Source: an uncultured bacterium | Lineage (GTDB): Bacteria > CAZDME01 > JAYEMH01 | NCBI GenBank assembly: GCA_964506785.1 | Contig: CAZDME010000006.1 | Span: forward strand, 1 to 35,111 | Length of the DNA: 35,111 nt | Reading direction: 5' to 3' | In this document: positions 35,005-35,111 of the stretch, one piece after another | Layout: every line of letters starts with the position of its first letter | How positions within the stretch are numbered: the stretch's first letter is position 1 | Translations under genes and position numbers: made by a program | The notes under the pieces: generated by a model | The model's database searches: none | Seen by the model: the letters and a program-made list of their open reading frames with translations, nothing else | What the model was told of the DNA's origin: nothing

Positions 35005-35111
35005 TTAAGAGCTCTGGCTTCTTTTCCTAACTTTGAAAGCAAAAATACCGGCTAATCCCGTCCCTAAAAGGAACCAGGTGCCGGGTTCCGGGGTATGCGC
35101 CGCCGGAATAA
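35005..35111 (-). CDS. C-terminus of a PEP-CTERM sorting-signal protein (partial)
   Basis: Manual translation ...IPAAHTPEPGTWFLLGTGLAGIFAFKVRKRSQSS*: PEP motif, TM helix and basic tail. Confidence 0.92.
   Translation of the reverse strand, partial: IPAAHTPEPGTWFLLGTGLAGIFAFKVRKRSQSS

Overview
Bacterial chromosomal window of moderate-to-low GC in which every credible gene lies on the minus strand. Transcription order, from high to low coordinates: the 3' end of a PEP-CTERM protein, a membrane protein, a TPR lipoprotein, exosortase and EpsI; then thrS-infC-rpmI-rplT-ktrB-ktrA-pheS-pheT-zapA-6S RNA-5-formyl-THF cyclo-ligase-rny-ymdB-folD-xseA-xseB-dxs-orphan-nadK; a four-subunit 2-oxoacid:ferredoxin oxidoreductase; gltX and tRNA-Gln(CTG); an integrase-less 2.3-kb islet (SH3 protein and Fic protein) bounded by a 12-bp duplication of the tRNA 3' end; tRNA-Glu(CTC); and a nucleotide-heptose-type glycan operon. 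That operon includes a three-domain nucleotidyltransferase/GmhB/P-loop kinase fusion. It is cut after 42 codons of a probable gmhA, where the sequence switches abruptly to about 60% GC DNA encoding a ribulokinase N-terminus, which suggests a chimeric or recombinant junction. The least explained signal is a modular family of intergenic repeats: 7-nt-periodic arrays, a 15-bp core placed just after stop codons, a 51-bp module, and an identical 34-bp nested hairpin in three copies. These repeats also contribute start codons, stop codons and in-frame coding sequence. Gene order and content suggest an anaerobic diderm of a PVC/Omnitrophota-like lineage, but this is inference only.
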